64,000 nt of DNA from a bacterium (lineage in GTDB: Bacteria; UBA8248), in the NCBI GenBank assembly GCA_965204535.1, contig OZ241996.1, positions 852,335 through 916,334 on the forward strand. Direction: 5' to 3'. Below the pieces are notes generated by a model. That model was not told the DNA's origin. It saw nothing but the letters and a program-made list of their open reading frames with translations, and did not search any database. The translations under genes and the position numbers were made by a program. Below are positions 55,945 to 64,000 of the stretch, in pieces (positions within the stretch are counted from its first letter, which is position 1; the number at the start of each line of letters is the position of its first letter).

Positions 55945-57204
55945 TTACCGCTGGCCAGTTCCGCTACCACTACGGTATGAGCGGTACGATCTTTCCTTTG
56001 GCTCCTTGGTAGAACGCTTTCTTGAAGAATACCCACCTGAATATCCGCCTCTGTAATAAGAGCCTCCGGAATATGATCTTCTGGAGTTCCGGATCGTCTG
56101 GTTGATGCTTTGGATTGCCCGCATCTGGTTCTTGCGAACTGTCTCCGCCTGTCTGCGCGCTGTCTCTCTTCGTCGTTCTACCTCACGCTGTGCCTCGTAA
56201 CGCCGTCGCTCCTCGGCGGCTTCATTTTCCACTGCTGCCTGACGCGTCAGCCTCTCGGTGGCTTCACGTGCTTGTTTTTCCTTCACTTCGAGATCGTTCA
56301 ACGCGTCCCGGTAGTCTCCGCTTCCCGAAGTTCCCGTGTTCTCGCCCACGGCGCGCGACAGGGCGGCCTCGTAGTCCCTGCGGGCCTTGTCCCTCTGATC
56401 GTCCCGGTTTTGTGATGGTAAGGGCTTTTCCGGTTTGCGCGCATTCCATTTTCCATCCCATGAATCCGACTCGCATTCGGCTGCAGCGGCGTCGGAGACT
56501 ATGCCGTAACAATTCGGCCGGGCGCGTTGTTCCTCTTTCACCCATTCCTCGAACGAAGAGGAATGGGCAGGTTTTGAGGCGACTCTCGCTCTAGGCGCGT
56601 CTTGAGCGCCCCATGCCGCCGCTCCGGGATTACCGTCAGGAATAGCGGGGAGTGTTCTCCGGGAAAAGCGGATTTTCCGGGGTTTGGGAAGCGGCTTGCG
56701 GCCCAGGAGTTCGCGCTCACTTCCGCTCTCCACCGGCGCCAAAGCCAGGCCATGATCGATCTCGCTATCCCGACCAAACCATCTCTTTATCCTTCGTTTC
56801 GCGTTCTGGAGCTTCTCCGTGACCGCCCGTTTCGCCTTCTGGTACTTCTCATTGACGAAGGTGCCGACTTTTAAGAGCGGTAACTGGTCCACCATCAGCC
56901 TGCCCGGGATTTTCCTGGACTCATCGGATACGGCATCGAGTTTTCGCTTGTCACCTTTCTCGAAGGCATCATAGGATCTGTTCAGGATGCCGAACTGTTC
57001 CCCTTGTCTATTTTCCAGGTTCTTCTTGAGCAGGAGGGCGCTTCCGGCGCCGGCCGCAACGCCGACCGTAACGCGCGACCTGCTCAGCCATGTGCCCTTT
57101 GCCGGAGCGGCCGAGATGACGGGCACGGCACATAAGCATAAAAGGAACACGGCGACGATCAATACAAAAACAACAGCCTTGCGACCATTCGCTCTGTCGG
57201 TCAT
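55945..57204 (-). CDS. membrane-anchored/secreted hypothetical protein with a basic coiled-coil and Gly/Tyr/Ser-rich tail
   Basis: The start is at MTDRANGRK (ATG 57204, GGAGGG 7 nt upstream). The TM/signal segment is AVVFVLIVAVFLLCLCAVPVISA. The C-terminal tail is YSGGSYYRGGYSGGYSS. Confidence 0.6.
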   Translation of the reverse strand: MTDRANGRKAVVFVLIVAVFLLCLCAVPVISAAPAKGTWLSRSRVTVGVAAGAGSALLLKKNLENRQGEQFGILNRSYDAFEKGDKRKLDAVSDESRKIPGRLMVDQLPLLKVGTFVNEKYQKAKRAVTEKLQNAKRRIKRWFGRDSEIDHGLALAPVESGSERELLGRKPLPKPRKIRFSRRTLPAIPDGNPGAAAWGAQDAPRARVASKPAHSSSFEEWVKEEQRARPNCYGIVSDAAAAECESDSWDGKWNARKPEKPLPSQNRDDQRDKARRDYEAALSRAVGENTGTSGSGDYRDALNDLEVKEKQAREATERLTRQAAVENEAAEERRRYEAQREVERRRETARRQAETVRKNQMRAIQSINQTIRNSRRSYSGGSYYRGGYSGGYSSRKRSTKEPKERSYRSYRSGSGTGQR

Positions 57205-57249
57205 CTGTATGCCCTCCAGCTTCATGGTTCGTCAGTGTTTGACTCTCGT

Positions 57250-58179
57250 CTATTCAACCAAGGATATTAGTATGAAACGTCGAAGCCCGCAAACACCGCC
57301 ATTCAGTCGGCAGTGCGCCAGAACGTAGATGTCCCCATCCTCGGGCAGGGAGCCGATGAGCAGGCGGTCCCCGCCGCCCGTCTCGAGAATCATGTCGAGC
57401 GCAAGCCTGGCGGAGAAGGTTGTCGGTAGGTCGGCGAGCGCGGCGGCGGTCTCCTCATCGGTATCGGGAGCCGCCGCCTTGATGGCGGCCGGTTCGCGTG
57501 CGGCGAGCGCTTTCTCGACGGACTCGAGCGTGCGGCCCAGCCACGGCCCCGTCTCTTCGGCCCATCGGGCGTGCTGGAGCGCTATCCAGGCCAGGCGCGG
57601 GAGTACCACCCTCATGTCCGCAGCGGCCGAGGCGAAGGTGGCCGCATCAATTCCCGCCTCGTGTGACGCCGCAGGGTGCGCCGAAGTGAATGCGTCGAGT
57701 CGCGCCTTCGTCGTCGAGGCAAGGGCCTCAACCAATTCTCCTGACGCAGACATCCACGAGGGTTTGAGCTTCACTTTCGTATCAGGGGCTGAGAGCCTCT
57801 CCCCGGGCAGCGCGCGGGCTGCACTCACGCGGTAACCTCCCGTCTGCTTTTCCCATAGCGTGAAAACGGCGATGTCGAGCAACGGGTTATAGTAAAGCGC
57901 CGCAGGGGCGGGCGAGCGCAGGCGACCCAGCTTTACTACCGCGTTCGAGAAAAAAGGACTCCAGAGGGCCGCCGGAGAAACCTCGCGTATCATTCCCGCG
58001 CCCGGCATGTCGGCCAAGACTTCCGCCGCCTGTTTTTCACCCGCGACTCCCGCCGCCCGCAGGGCCAGCGCATGGGCTGCGAAAAGGCGAGCCCCCTCGT
58101 CCTCCGCCACTACGGAGGGAGCAGACACAAGCATTGCCGCCAGAGTTATCCCGAGAACGCTGCGGATTAACGTCACCAT
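57250..58179 (-). CDS. secreted hypothetical protein
   Basis: The signal peptide is MVTLIRSVLGITLAAMLVSAPSVVA. RBS GAGGAG is present. No family recognised. Confidence 0.6.
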   Translation of the reverse strand: MVTLIRSVLGITLAAMLVSAPSVVAEDEGARLFAAHALALRAAGVAGEKQAAEVLADMPGAGMIREVSPAALWSPFFSNAVVKLGRLRSPAPAALYYNPLLDIAVFTLWEKQTGGYRVSAARALPGERLSAPDTKVKLKPSWMSASGELVEALASTTKARLDAFTSAHPAASHEAGIDAATFASAAADMRVVLPRLAWIALQHARWAEETGPWLGRTLESVEKALAAREPAAIKAAAPDTDEETAAALADLPTTFSARLALDMILETGGGDRLLIGSLPEDGDIYVLAHCRLNGGVCGLRRFILISLVE

Positions 58180-58284
58180 GGATGGAAACTCCTCGTCTGC
58201 CCGATTTCTTTCGTCCTGCCGTTCAGTCTTTTTCTGCCGAGTGGGCGCTTGAGCAGCAGTGTTTCAAGGCGCTCTATTCTACGA

Positions 58285-60081
58285 CTAGTTATCATCGCCG
58301 CTCGGCGTATCAGGATCGCCCGATGTTTCAGGTCGGCTTTCTGCCTGATTGGCGCCCCGATCCTGTAGCATTTTTATGATCGCAGGATCATTATTGTGCT
58401 TTGCCGCCCAGTCCAAGGGTGTTTCGCCGTCATCATTCCGCGCTTTGACGTCGGCGCCCCTGTCCAGAAGTAGCTTTACAACCGCAGAATTCTTATTCCA
58501 TTTCGCCGCGCTATGCAGAGGCACCCAGCCCCATTTATTATGTGCATTCACATCAGCGCCTCGATCCAAAAGTAGCTCTACGACTGCAGGATTTCGATTC
58601 AATCCCGCCGCGATGTGCAGAGGCGTGCTACCAAATCGAGTCCGAGCATGCACATCGGCACCCTTATCTAGAAGTAGTTCCACGACCTCAGGATTTTTAT
58701 TGCGCGCCACTGCATAATGTATGGGTAACCGTCCTAAGTAACCCTTTTCATTCACGTTAGCTCCCCGACGGATCAACTCCATGGCGACTGCGGGATTTTC
58801 ATTGGTACCCGACGCTATATGCAACGCATTCTTATAAGTTGATTCGAACTTTTGTTTGTATCGATACGAAATTACATCGTTTAGATTCGCGCCGCGCTCC
58901 AACAGCAGAGCAATTACTTCCGGGTATTTGTTGTATCTCGCGGCAATATGCAGTGGCTTATATAATTCCATATCACTTGGATGCACCTCATGCGGAATCT
59001 CATCTCTTGCATCGATATCGGCGCCAAGATCCAGTAGCGCCTTGATAACGGCGGGGCCTTCGTTCGCGCGCAAGGCCTTGTGCAGTCCACGGGCGCCGCC
59101 GTATTTCTTCCGGGCGACTCTCGCAGCCGTCAGGCCCTCCGCCGTCCTGCCCTTCGGTCCCTTGATCGAGGGGTCGGCCCCCGCCTTCGTCAACAAATCG
59201 ACGACCGCCGAGTGCCCGTGCGCTGCCGCCATGAACAGCGCAGTCGCGCCGTCCGCCGCGCGGGCGTCGACTTCCGCCTTCGCCTCGATCAGCGACTCGA
59301 CCATCGGCGCGTAGCCCTTGTTCGCCGCGTGCATCAGCGCCGTCCAGCCGCGAGCGTCGCGCGCGTTCACGTCCGCACCCGCCTCAAGCGCCGCCTTGAG
59401 CGCATTGACATCTCCTGCTAAGACCGCGCGTTGCAGGACATCGGGACGCACCTTAGGGCGGGAAGGCACTCTCGCGCTGGTTCCCGCACGTCGGCCTTTC
59501 GCAGCGGCCCGCATGGCACGCAACCCGCTAGGCGTCAGCGTATCCACGGGCGGCAGTCCCGCATCTCTCAGAAACCTCCCGTAGGCCTTCGCCGTGCGCT
59601 CGTTCCAGCGGCCATCGACCGGTCCCGGCTCGTAGCCGAGCGCCGCCAGCAACTCTTTCGCCTCGCGGATCGCCCGTGGGGGCGGTGGAGACGAAGCCTT
59701 CTTTATCTCCCCACCGCCCGGCCGCCACGAGCGAGCGCGTTCCTGAGCAGACGCAACCTGCTGCGGCGTCATCTTCGCCGCCAGGGCGTCGCGCTCTTTC
59801 GCCGCTTCCATCTCGCCCCGGCCCGCCGCCAGGTTGAACCACATGTGCGCCACAACGTAATCCTGCGGAGCGCCCACTCCCCGCATAAAAAGACGCCCGA
59901 GCGCCAGCATCGCCCGCCTGTCACCCTCATTCGCCGCCGCGCGCCACTCCTTGAGCGCCTCGGCGGGTTTCCCCGCGTCCCACGCGCGCTTGCCCACTGC
60001 GTAGTCCGCCTGTGCGGGCAATGCGCAGATGAGCATCAAGGCCAGCGCCAGCATCAGCACCCGTAGTGTGTGTCGAGTCAT
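58285..60081 (-). CDS. secreted Sel1-repeat / peptidoglycan-binding / ankyrin-repeat protein
   Basis: The start is at MTRHTLRVLMLALALMLICALPAQA. Sel1 region: AMLALGRLFMRGVGAPQDYVVAHMWFNLAA. PG_binding_1-like region: AKELLAALGYEPGPVDGRWNERTAKAY. At least 8 ANK repeats follow. Confidence 0.8.
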   Translation of the reverse strand: MTRHTLRVLMLALALMLICALPAQADYAVGKRAWDAGKPAEALKEWRAAANEGDRRAMLALGRLFMRGVGAPQDYVVAHMWFNLAAGRGEMEAAKERDALAAKMTPQQVASAQERARSWRPGGGEIKKASSPPPPRAIREAKELLAALGYEPGPVDGRWNERTAKAYGRFLRDAGLPPVDTLTPSGLRAMRAAAKGRRAGTSARVPSRPKVRPDVLQRAVLAGDVNALKAALEAGADVNARDARGWTALMHAANKGYAPMVESLIEAKAEVDARAADGATALFMAAAHGHSAVVDLLTKAGADPSIKGPKGRTAEGLTAARVARKKYGGARGLHKALRANEGPAVIKALLDLGADIDARDEIPHEVHPSDMELYKPLHIAARYNKYPEVIALLLERGANLNDVISYRYKQKFESTYKNALHIASGTNENPAVAMELIRRGANVNEKGYLGRLPIHYAVARNKNPEVVELLLDKGADVHARTRFGSTPLHIAAGLNRNPAVVELLLDRGADVNAHNKWGWVPLHSAAKWNKNSAVVKLLLDRGADVKARNDDGETPLDWAAKHNNDPAIIKMLQDRGANQAESRPETSGDPDTPSGDDN

Positions 60082-60328
60082 GTTCTCTCCCTCTGCTCTC
60101 GTAGAATGAAACTCTTCACAATGCCATCCCACGACGTTTTGAGGTCTTACTCCATATACGGAAGTTCCTTGTTTCCAAAGAACATAACGAATCTATTCCA
60201 TGATCCCGCGAGTCACAACTGAACGCATGGTCGTTAATGTCTGATATGGCTATGCGCGCCCAAATCAAACCGTGGCAAACCGAACTGGGGCTTCGTCCCC
60301 TAAACCCCCGAGGTAAAGAGGCGAAGAT

Positions 60329-62239
60329 TCAAGGTCCGAGCGTCCGGGCTACGCGAAACCCGGAAGTGTTGAAACGGAGTCCGTACCCTAACTTGCCGCG
60401 GATAGCAGAGAAGAGGCTCAACGGATCGCTGGACCAGGAACCGCCGCGCAGAACGCGGCGCGAGCAATCGCCGTTCGTCCACGCGCGCCCGTCCAACGGC
60501 GCGCCCGCGTAGCGTGCGTTCCAACAGTCCACAACCCACTCCCACACGTTGCCCAGCACGTCGTGAAGACCGAACCCGTTCGTAGAAAACGATCCCGCGG
60601 GCGCCGTATGAACGAAACCGTCTCGGCAAGACGCCACTCCGTGTCCACCGCGCCAGTTACTGTACTGCTTCTTAAGCGTCCCGTCGGCCCCGTTCGCGTG
60701 GGTGCACTGTGCCAATGTGTCATCTCCCCAGTAGCGCGACGTGCGCGTCCATCCACGCGCCGCGTATTCCCATTCCGCCTCACTCAATAATCGGTATCTT
60801 TCCCCCGTTTTGTCCGACAGCCACGCCACGTACGCCTTCGCGTCATCCCAATTTACACACACGACAGGGTCTAAGTTCGTCTGGGAAAAACCTGGATCGC
60901 GCCACGAGCGTGCGGCGTCTTTTTTCCACTTACCATCATAAATATAACACCCGCTATCCATGTCGCGGCCCGTCATACGAACAAAGGCGCCAAACTCGCG
61001 CCTCGTCACCTCGTGTTTGCCAATCGCGAAGGGTTTCGGAATCGTCACGCGGTGGCGGGGGCCTGCATACTCCCACGATGAAGAACCCATCATGAAAGAA
61101 CCGTAGGGCACGACCACCATCTCCGGGCATTCCGGGCAGTCTCGAAATACCTTGCCTTTCGGCCACCTACGTTTTAGGTCTTCCGCTGCTTCAACTTGCG
61201 CCCACGTCTTTCCCGCCAGCAGAGCGAGAACGCCGGGACCCTCTCCCTTCCCTCTCGCCACCTCCGCAGTGCCGTATCTCCTGCGCGCCACATCCATAGA
61301 CGACTTTCCCTTCGGTCCCTTGATCGATGGATCCGCTCTCCCCTTCATCAGCAACTCAATGACTTCGGAGTACCCGTGCACCGCCGCCATGAAAAGGGCC
61401 GTAGCGCCGTCCGCGGCGCGTTCGTCGACCTTCGCCTTCGCTTCGATCAGCGACTCGACCATCGACGCGTAGCCTTTGTTCGCCGCGTGCATCAGCGCCG
61501 TCCAGCCGCGAGCGTCGCGCGCGTTCACATCCGCACCCGCCGCAAGCGCTGCCTTTAGCCCGTCGACATTCCCCGCCAGCACCGCTCGGTGCAAGGCATC
61601 GGGACGCACCTTAGGGCGGGATGGCACTCTCGCGCTGTTTCCCGCACGTCGGCCTTTCGCAGCGGCCCGCATGGCACGCAACCCGCTAGGCGTCAACGTA
61701 TCCCCCGGCGGCAGGCCCGCATCGCGCAGAAACCCCGCATAGGCCTTCGCCGTGCGCTCGTTCCAGCGACCATCGAGAGTACCCGGCTTGTAACCCAGCG
61801 CCGCCAGCAACTCTTTCGCCTCGCGGATCGCCCGTGGGGGAGGTGAAGCCGAAGCAGATTTTCTCTTTTCTCCACCCGGCCGCCACGAGCGAGCGCGTTC
61901 CTGAGCAGACGCAACCTGCTGCGGCGTCATTTTCGCCGCCAGGGCGTCGCGCTCTTTCACCGCTTCCATCTCGCCCCGGCCCGCCGCCAAGTTGAACCAC
62001 ATGTGCGCCACAACGTAATCCTGCGGAGCGCCCACTCCCCGCATAAAAAGACGCCCGAGCGCCAGCATCGCCCGCCTGTCGCCCGAATTCGCCGCCGCGC
62101 GCCACTCTCTGAGCGCCTCGGCGGGCCTTCCCGCGTCCCATGCCCGCTTGCCCGCAGCGTAGTTCGCCTGTGCGGGCAATGCGCAAATGAGCATAAAAGC
62201 TAACGCCGGTATCACCACCCGCAGAGCATGTCGAATCAT
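60329..62239 (-). CDS. secreted Sel1 / peptidoglycan-binding / ankyrin protein fused to an FGE-sulfatase (SUMF1-like) domain
   Basis: The N-terminal 300 aa are paralogous to 58285-60081. The C-terminus (MVVVPYGSFMMGS...VCVNWDDAKAYVAWLS...RLLSEAEWEYAAR...GNVWEWV...RVLRGGSW) is typical of the FGE-sulfatase fold. Confidence 0.8.
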   Translation of the reverse strand: MIRHALRVVIPALAFMLICALPAQANYAAGKRAWDAGRPAEALREWRAAANSGDRRAMLALGRLFMRGVGAPQDYVVAHMWFNLAAGRGEMEAVKERDALAAKMTPQQVASAQERARSWRPGGEKRKSASASPPPRAIREAKELLAALGYKPGTLDGRWNERTAKAYAGFLRDAGLPPGDTLTPSGLRAMRAAAKGRRAGNSARVPSRPKVRPDALHRAVLAGNVDGLKAALAAGADVNARDARGWTALMHAANKGYASMVESLIEAKAKVDERAADGATALFMAAVHGYSEVIELLMKGRADPSIKGPKGKSSMDVARRRYGTAEVARGKGEGPGVLALLAGKTWAQVEAAEDLKRRWPKGKVFRDCPECPEMVVVPYGSFMMGSSSWEYAGPRHRVTIPKPFAIGKHEVTRREFGAFVRMTGRDMDSGCYIYDGKWKKDAARSWRDPGFSQTNLDPVVCVNWDDAKAYVAWLSDKTGERYRLLSEAEWEYAARGWTRTSRYWGDDTLAQCTHANGADGTLKKQYSNWRGGHGVASCRDGFVHTAPAGSFSTNGFGLHDVLGNVWEWVVDCWNARYAGAPLDGRAWTNGDCSRRVLRGGSWSSDPLSLFSAIRGKLGYGLRFNTSGFRVARTLGP

Positions 62240-62290
62240 CTTCTCGTCTCCGATGAAAAGAAAATATTCAAGTCATCATGAATTCTGCGG

Positions 62291-64000
62291 CTAGTTCTCA
62301 TTGTCGCTCGGTGTATCGGGATCGCCCGATGTATCAGATCGGCTCTCTGCCTGATAGGCACCCCGATCCTGTAGCATTTTTATGATCGCAGGATCATTAT
62401 TGTGCTTTGCTGCCCAGTCCAGGGGTATTTCGCCCTTATCATTCCGCGCTTTGACGTCGGCGCCCCTGTCCAGAAGTAGCTTTACAACCGCAGAATTCTT
62501 ATTCCATCTCGCCGCGATGTGCAGGGGCGTATCCCCATCTTTACTTCGTGCGTTTACGTCGGTGCCACGATCCAGTAGTAGTTTTGAGGCCGCTGGGATT
62601 TTATTCCATCTTGCCGCACGGTGCAGGGGAGTATGCCCCCTTTTATTTCGTGCGTTCACGTCCGCGCCCCGATTGAGTAGCAACCTCGAGACCGCAAGGT
62701 TCTTGTTGAAACCCGCTGAATACATCAAAGGAGTATGACGCAATTCAGTACCCCGTACATCTACGTCGATGCCCCGTTCCAGAAGTATTTTTATGACCGC
62801 AGGATTTTCATTGTATGTCGCCGCTATATGCAACGCATTCTTATTAGTTGGGTCGTACACTGCCTTGTATCGATAAGATCGATAGGGAATTACATCGTTT
62901 AGATTCGCGCCGCGCTCCAACAGCAAGGCTATTACTTCCGGGTGTTTGTTGTATCTCGCGGCAATATGCAGTGGCGTGTAGAAGTATAGAAAACCTGTAA
63001 ACACCTCATGCGGAATCTCATCTCTTGCGTCGATGTCGGCGCCAAGATCCAGAAGCGCCTTGATCACGGCGGGGCCTTCATTCGCGCGCAAGGCCTTGTG
63101 CAGTCCACGGGCGCCGCCGTATTTCTTCCGGGCGACTCTCGCGGCCGTCAGGCCCTCCACCGTCCTACCCCTCGGTCCTTCGATAGTAGGGTCGGCTCCC
63201 GCCTTTGTTAGCAGCTTGATAACCGCCGAGTGCCCGTGCGCCGCCGCCATGAACAGCGCAGTCGCGCCGTCCGCCGCGCGAGCGTCGACTTCCGCCTTCG
63301 CCTCGATCAGCGACTCGACCATCAGCGCGTAGCCCTTGTTCGCCGCGTGCATCAGCGCCGTCCAGCTGCGTGCATCGCGCGCATTCACGTCCGCACCCGC
63401 CGCAAGCGCCGCCTTGAACCCGTCGATGTTTCCCGCCAACACCGCTCGGTGCAAGGCATCGGGACGCACCTTCGAACGCGAAGAAGCCCGCGCGCCGGTT
63501 TTCGCTCCTTGCCGTTTCGCAGCGGCCCGCATGGCACGCAACCCACTAGGCGTCAACGTATCCCCCGGCGGAAGGCCCGCATCGCGGAGAAATCTCCCGT
63601 AGGCCTTCGCCGTGCGCTCGTTCCAGCGACCATCGACCGGACTCGGCTTGTAACCCAGCGCCGCCAGCAACTCTTGCGCCTCACGGATCGCCCGTGGGGG
63701 CGGCGAAGATGTAGCCTGTTTCCTATCATCTCCGCCCGACCGCCACGAGTGCGCGCGCTCCTGCGCAGATGCAATCTGCTGCGGCGTCATCTTCTCCGCC
63801 AGGGCGTCGCGCTTTTTCGCCGCTTCCATCTCACCCCGGCCCGCCGCCAGGTTGAACCACATATGCGCCAGGATAAAATTCTGCGGAGCGCCCACTCCCC
63901 GCATAAAAAGACGCCCGAGCGCCAGCATCGCCCGCCTGTCGCCGGCATTCGCGGCAGCGCGCCACTCCTTGAGCGCCTCGGCAGGTCTCCCCGCGTCCCA
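62291..64000 (-). CDS. Sel1 / peptidoglycan-binding / ankyrin paralog, 5'-partial (runs off the window)
   Basis: The frame stays open upstream of the first Met at 63928. Hand translation of 63929-64000 gives WDAGRPAEALKEWRAAANAGDRRA, homologous to the N-termini of the other two paralogs. Confidence 0.8.
   Translation of the reverse strand, partial: WDAGRPAEALKEWRAAANAGDRRAMLALGRLFMRGVGAPQNFILAHMWFNLAAGRGEMEAAKKRDALAEKMTPQQIASAQERAHSWRSGGDDRKQATSSPPPRAIREAQELLAALGYKPSPVDGRWNERTAKAYGRFLRDAGLPPGDTLTPSGLRAMRAAAKRQGAKTGARASSRSKVRPDALHRAVLAGNIDGFKAALAAGADVNARDARSWTALMHAANKGYALMVESLIEAKAEVDARAADGATALFMAAAHGHSAVIKLLTKAGADPTIEGPRGRTVEGLTAARVARKKYGGARGLHKALRANEGPAVIKALLDLGADIDARDEIPHEVFTGFLYFYTPLHIAARYNKHPEVIALLLERGANLNDVIPYRSYRYKAVYDPTNKNALHIAATYNENPAVIKILLERGIDVDVRGTELRHTPLMYSAGFNKNLAVSRLLLNRGADVNARNKRGHTPLHRAARWNKIPAASKLLLDRGTDVNARSKDGDTPLHIAARWNKNSAVVKLLLDRGADVKARNDKGEIPLDWAAKHNNDPAIIKMLQDRGAYQAESRSDTSGDPDTPSDNEN

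Overview
This is a 64-kb mosaic, heavily rearranged accessory region from a high-GC genome (roughly 65% GC by eye in the native-looking parts). It has six parts. (i) Remnants of two related conjugative-element modules lie in inverted orientation. The left module has a membrane protein, a TrwC/TraI-type relaxase-helicase (1848-4823), an RHH protein, DUF2493, DUF4326 and ssb. The right module has a 5'-truncated ssb, a DUF2493 paralog and an RHH protein. Each module is hit by a different IS: an IS110-family transposase gene at 8000-9040 and an IS1182-family element at about 26133-27947. (ii) A complete recombinase-in-trio (RIT) element spans 10781-14473. (iii) A mid-GC block of orphan genes holds a Zn-ribbon repeat protein, an XRE/DUF4258 pair, PD-(D/E)xK-like proteins, a frameshifted HTH antitoxin-like gene and a secreted ankyrin protein. 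(iv) A low-GC defence island of about 20 kb (28.4-48.5 kb) holds Septu-like ptuAB, an uncharacterised membrane-protein/AdoMetDC-like/DUF3326 operon and a decayed hsdR stub. It also holds a five-gene translationally coupled type I R-M operon with embedded DUF262/HNH and M48-peptidase genes, a stand-alone SIR2-like gene and a DUF2513 gene. (v) A perfect tandem dimer of a 3413-bp IS66-family element carrying a DUF4338 gene spans 48517-55350. (vi) A tandem array of secreted Sel1/peptidoglycan-binding/ankyrin paralogs spans 55.9-64 kb, and the last gene runs off the window. I recognised no rRNA, tRNA or CRISPR array. The best candidate for a previously undescribed system is the three-gene operon at 31771-34831. 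All family assignments are motif recognition by eye, not database searches.
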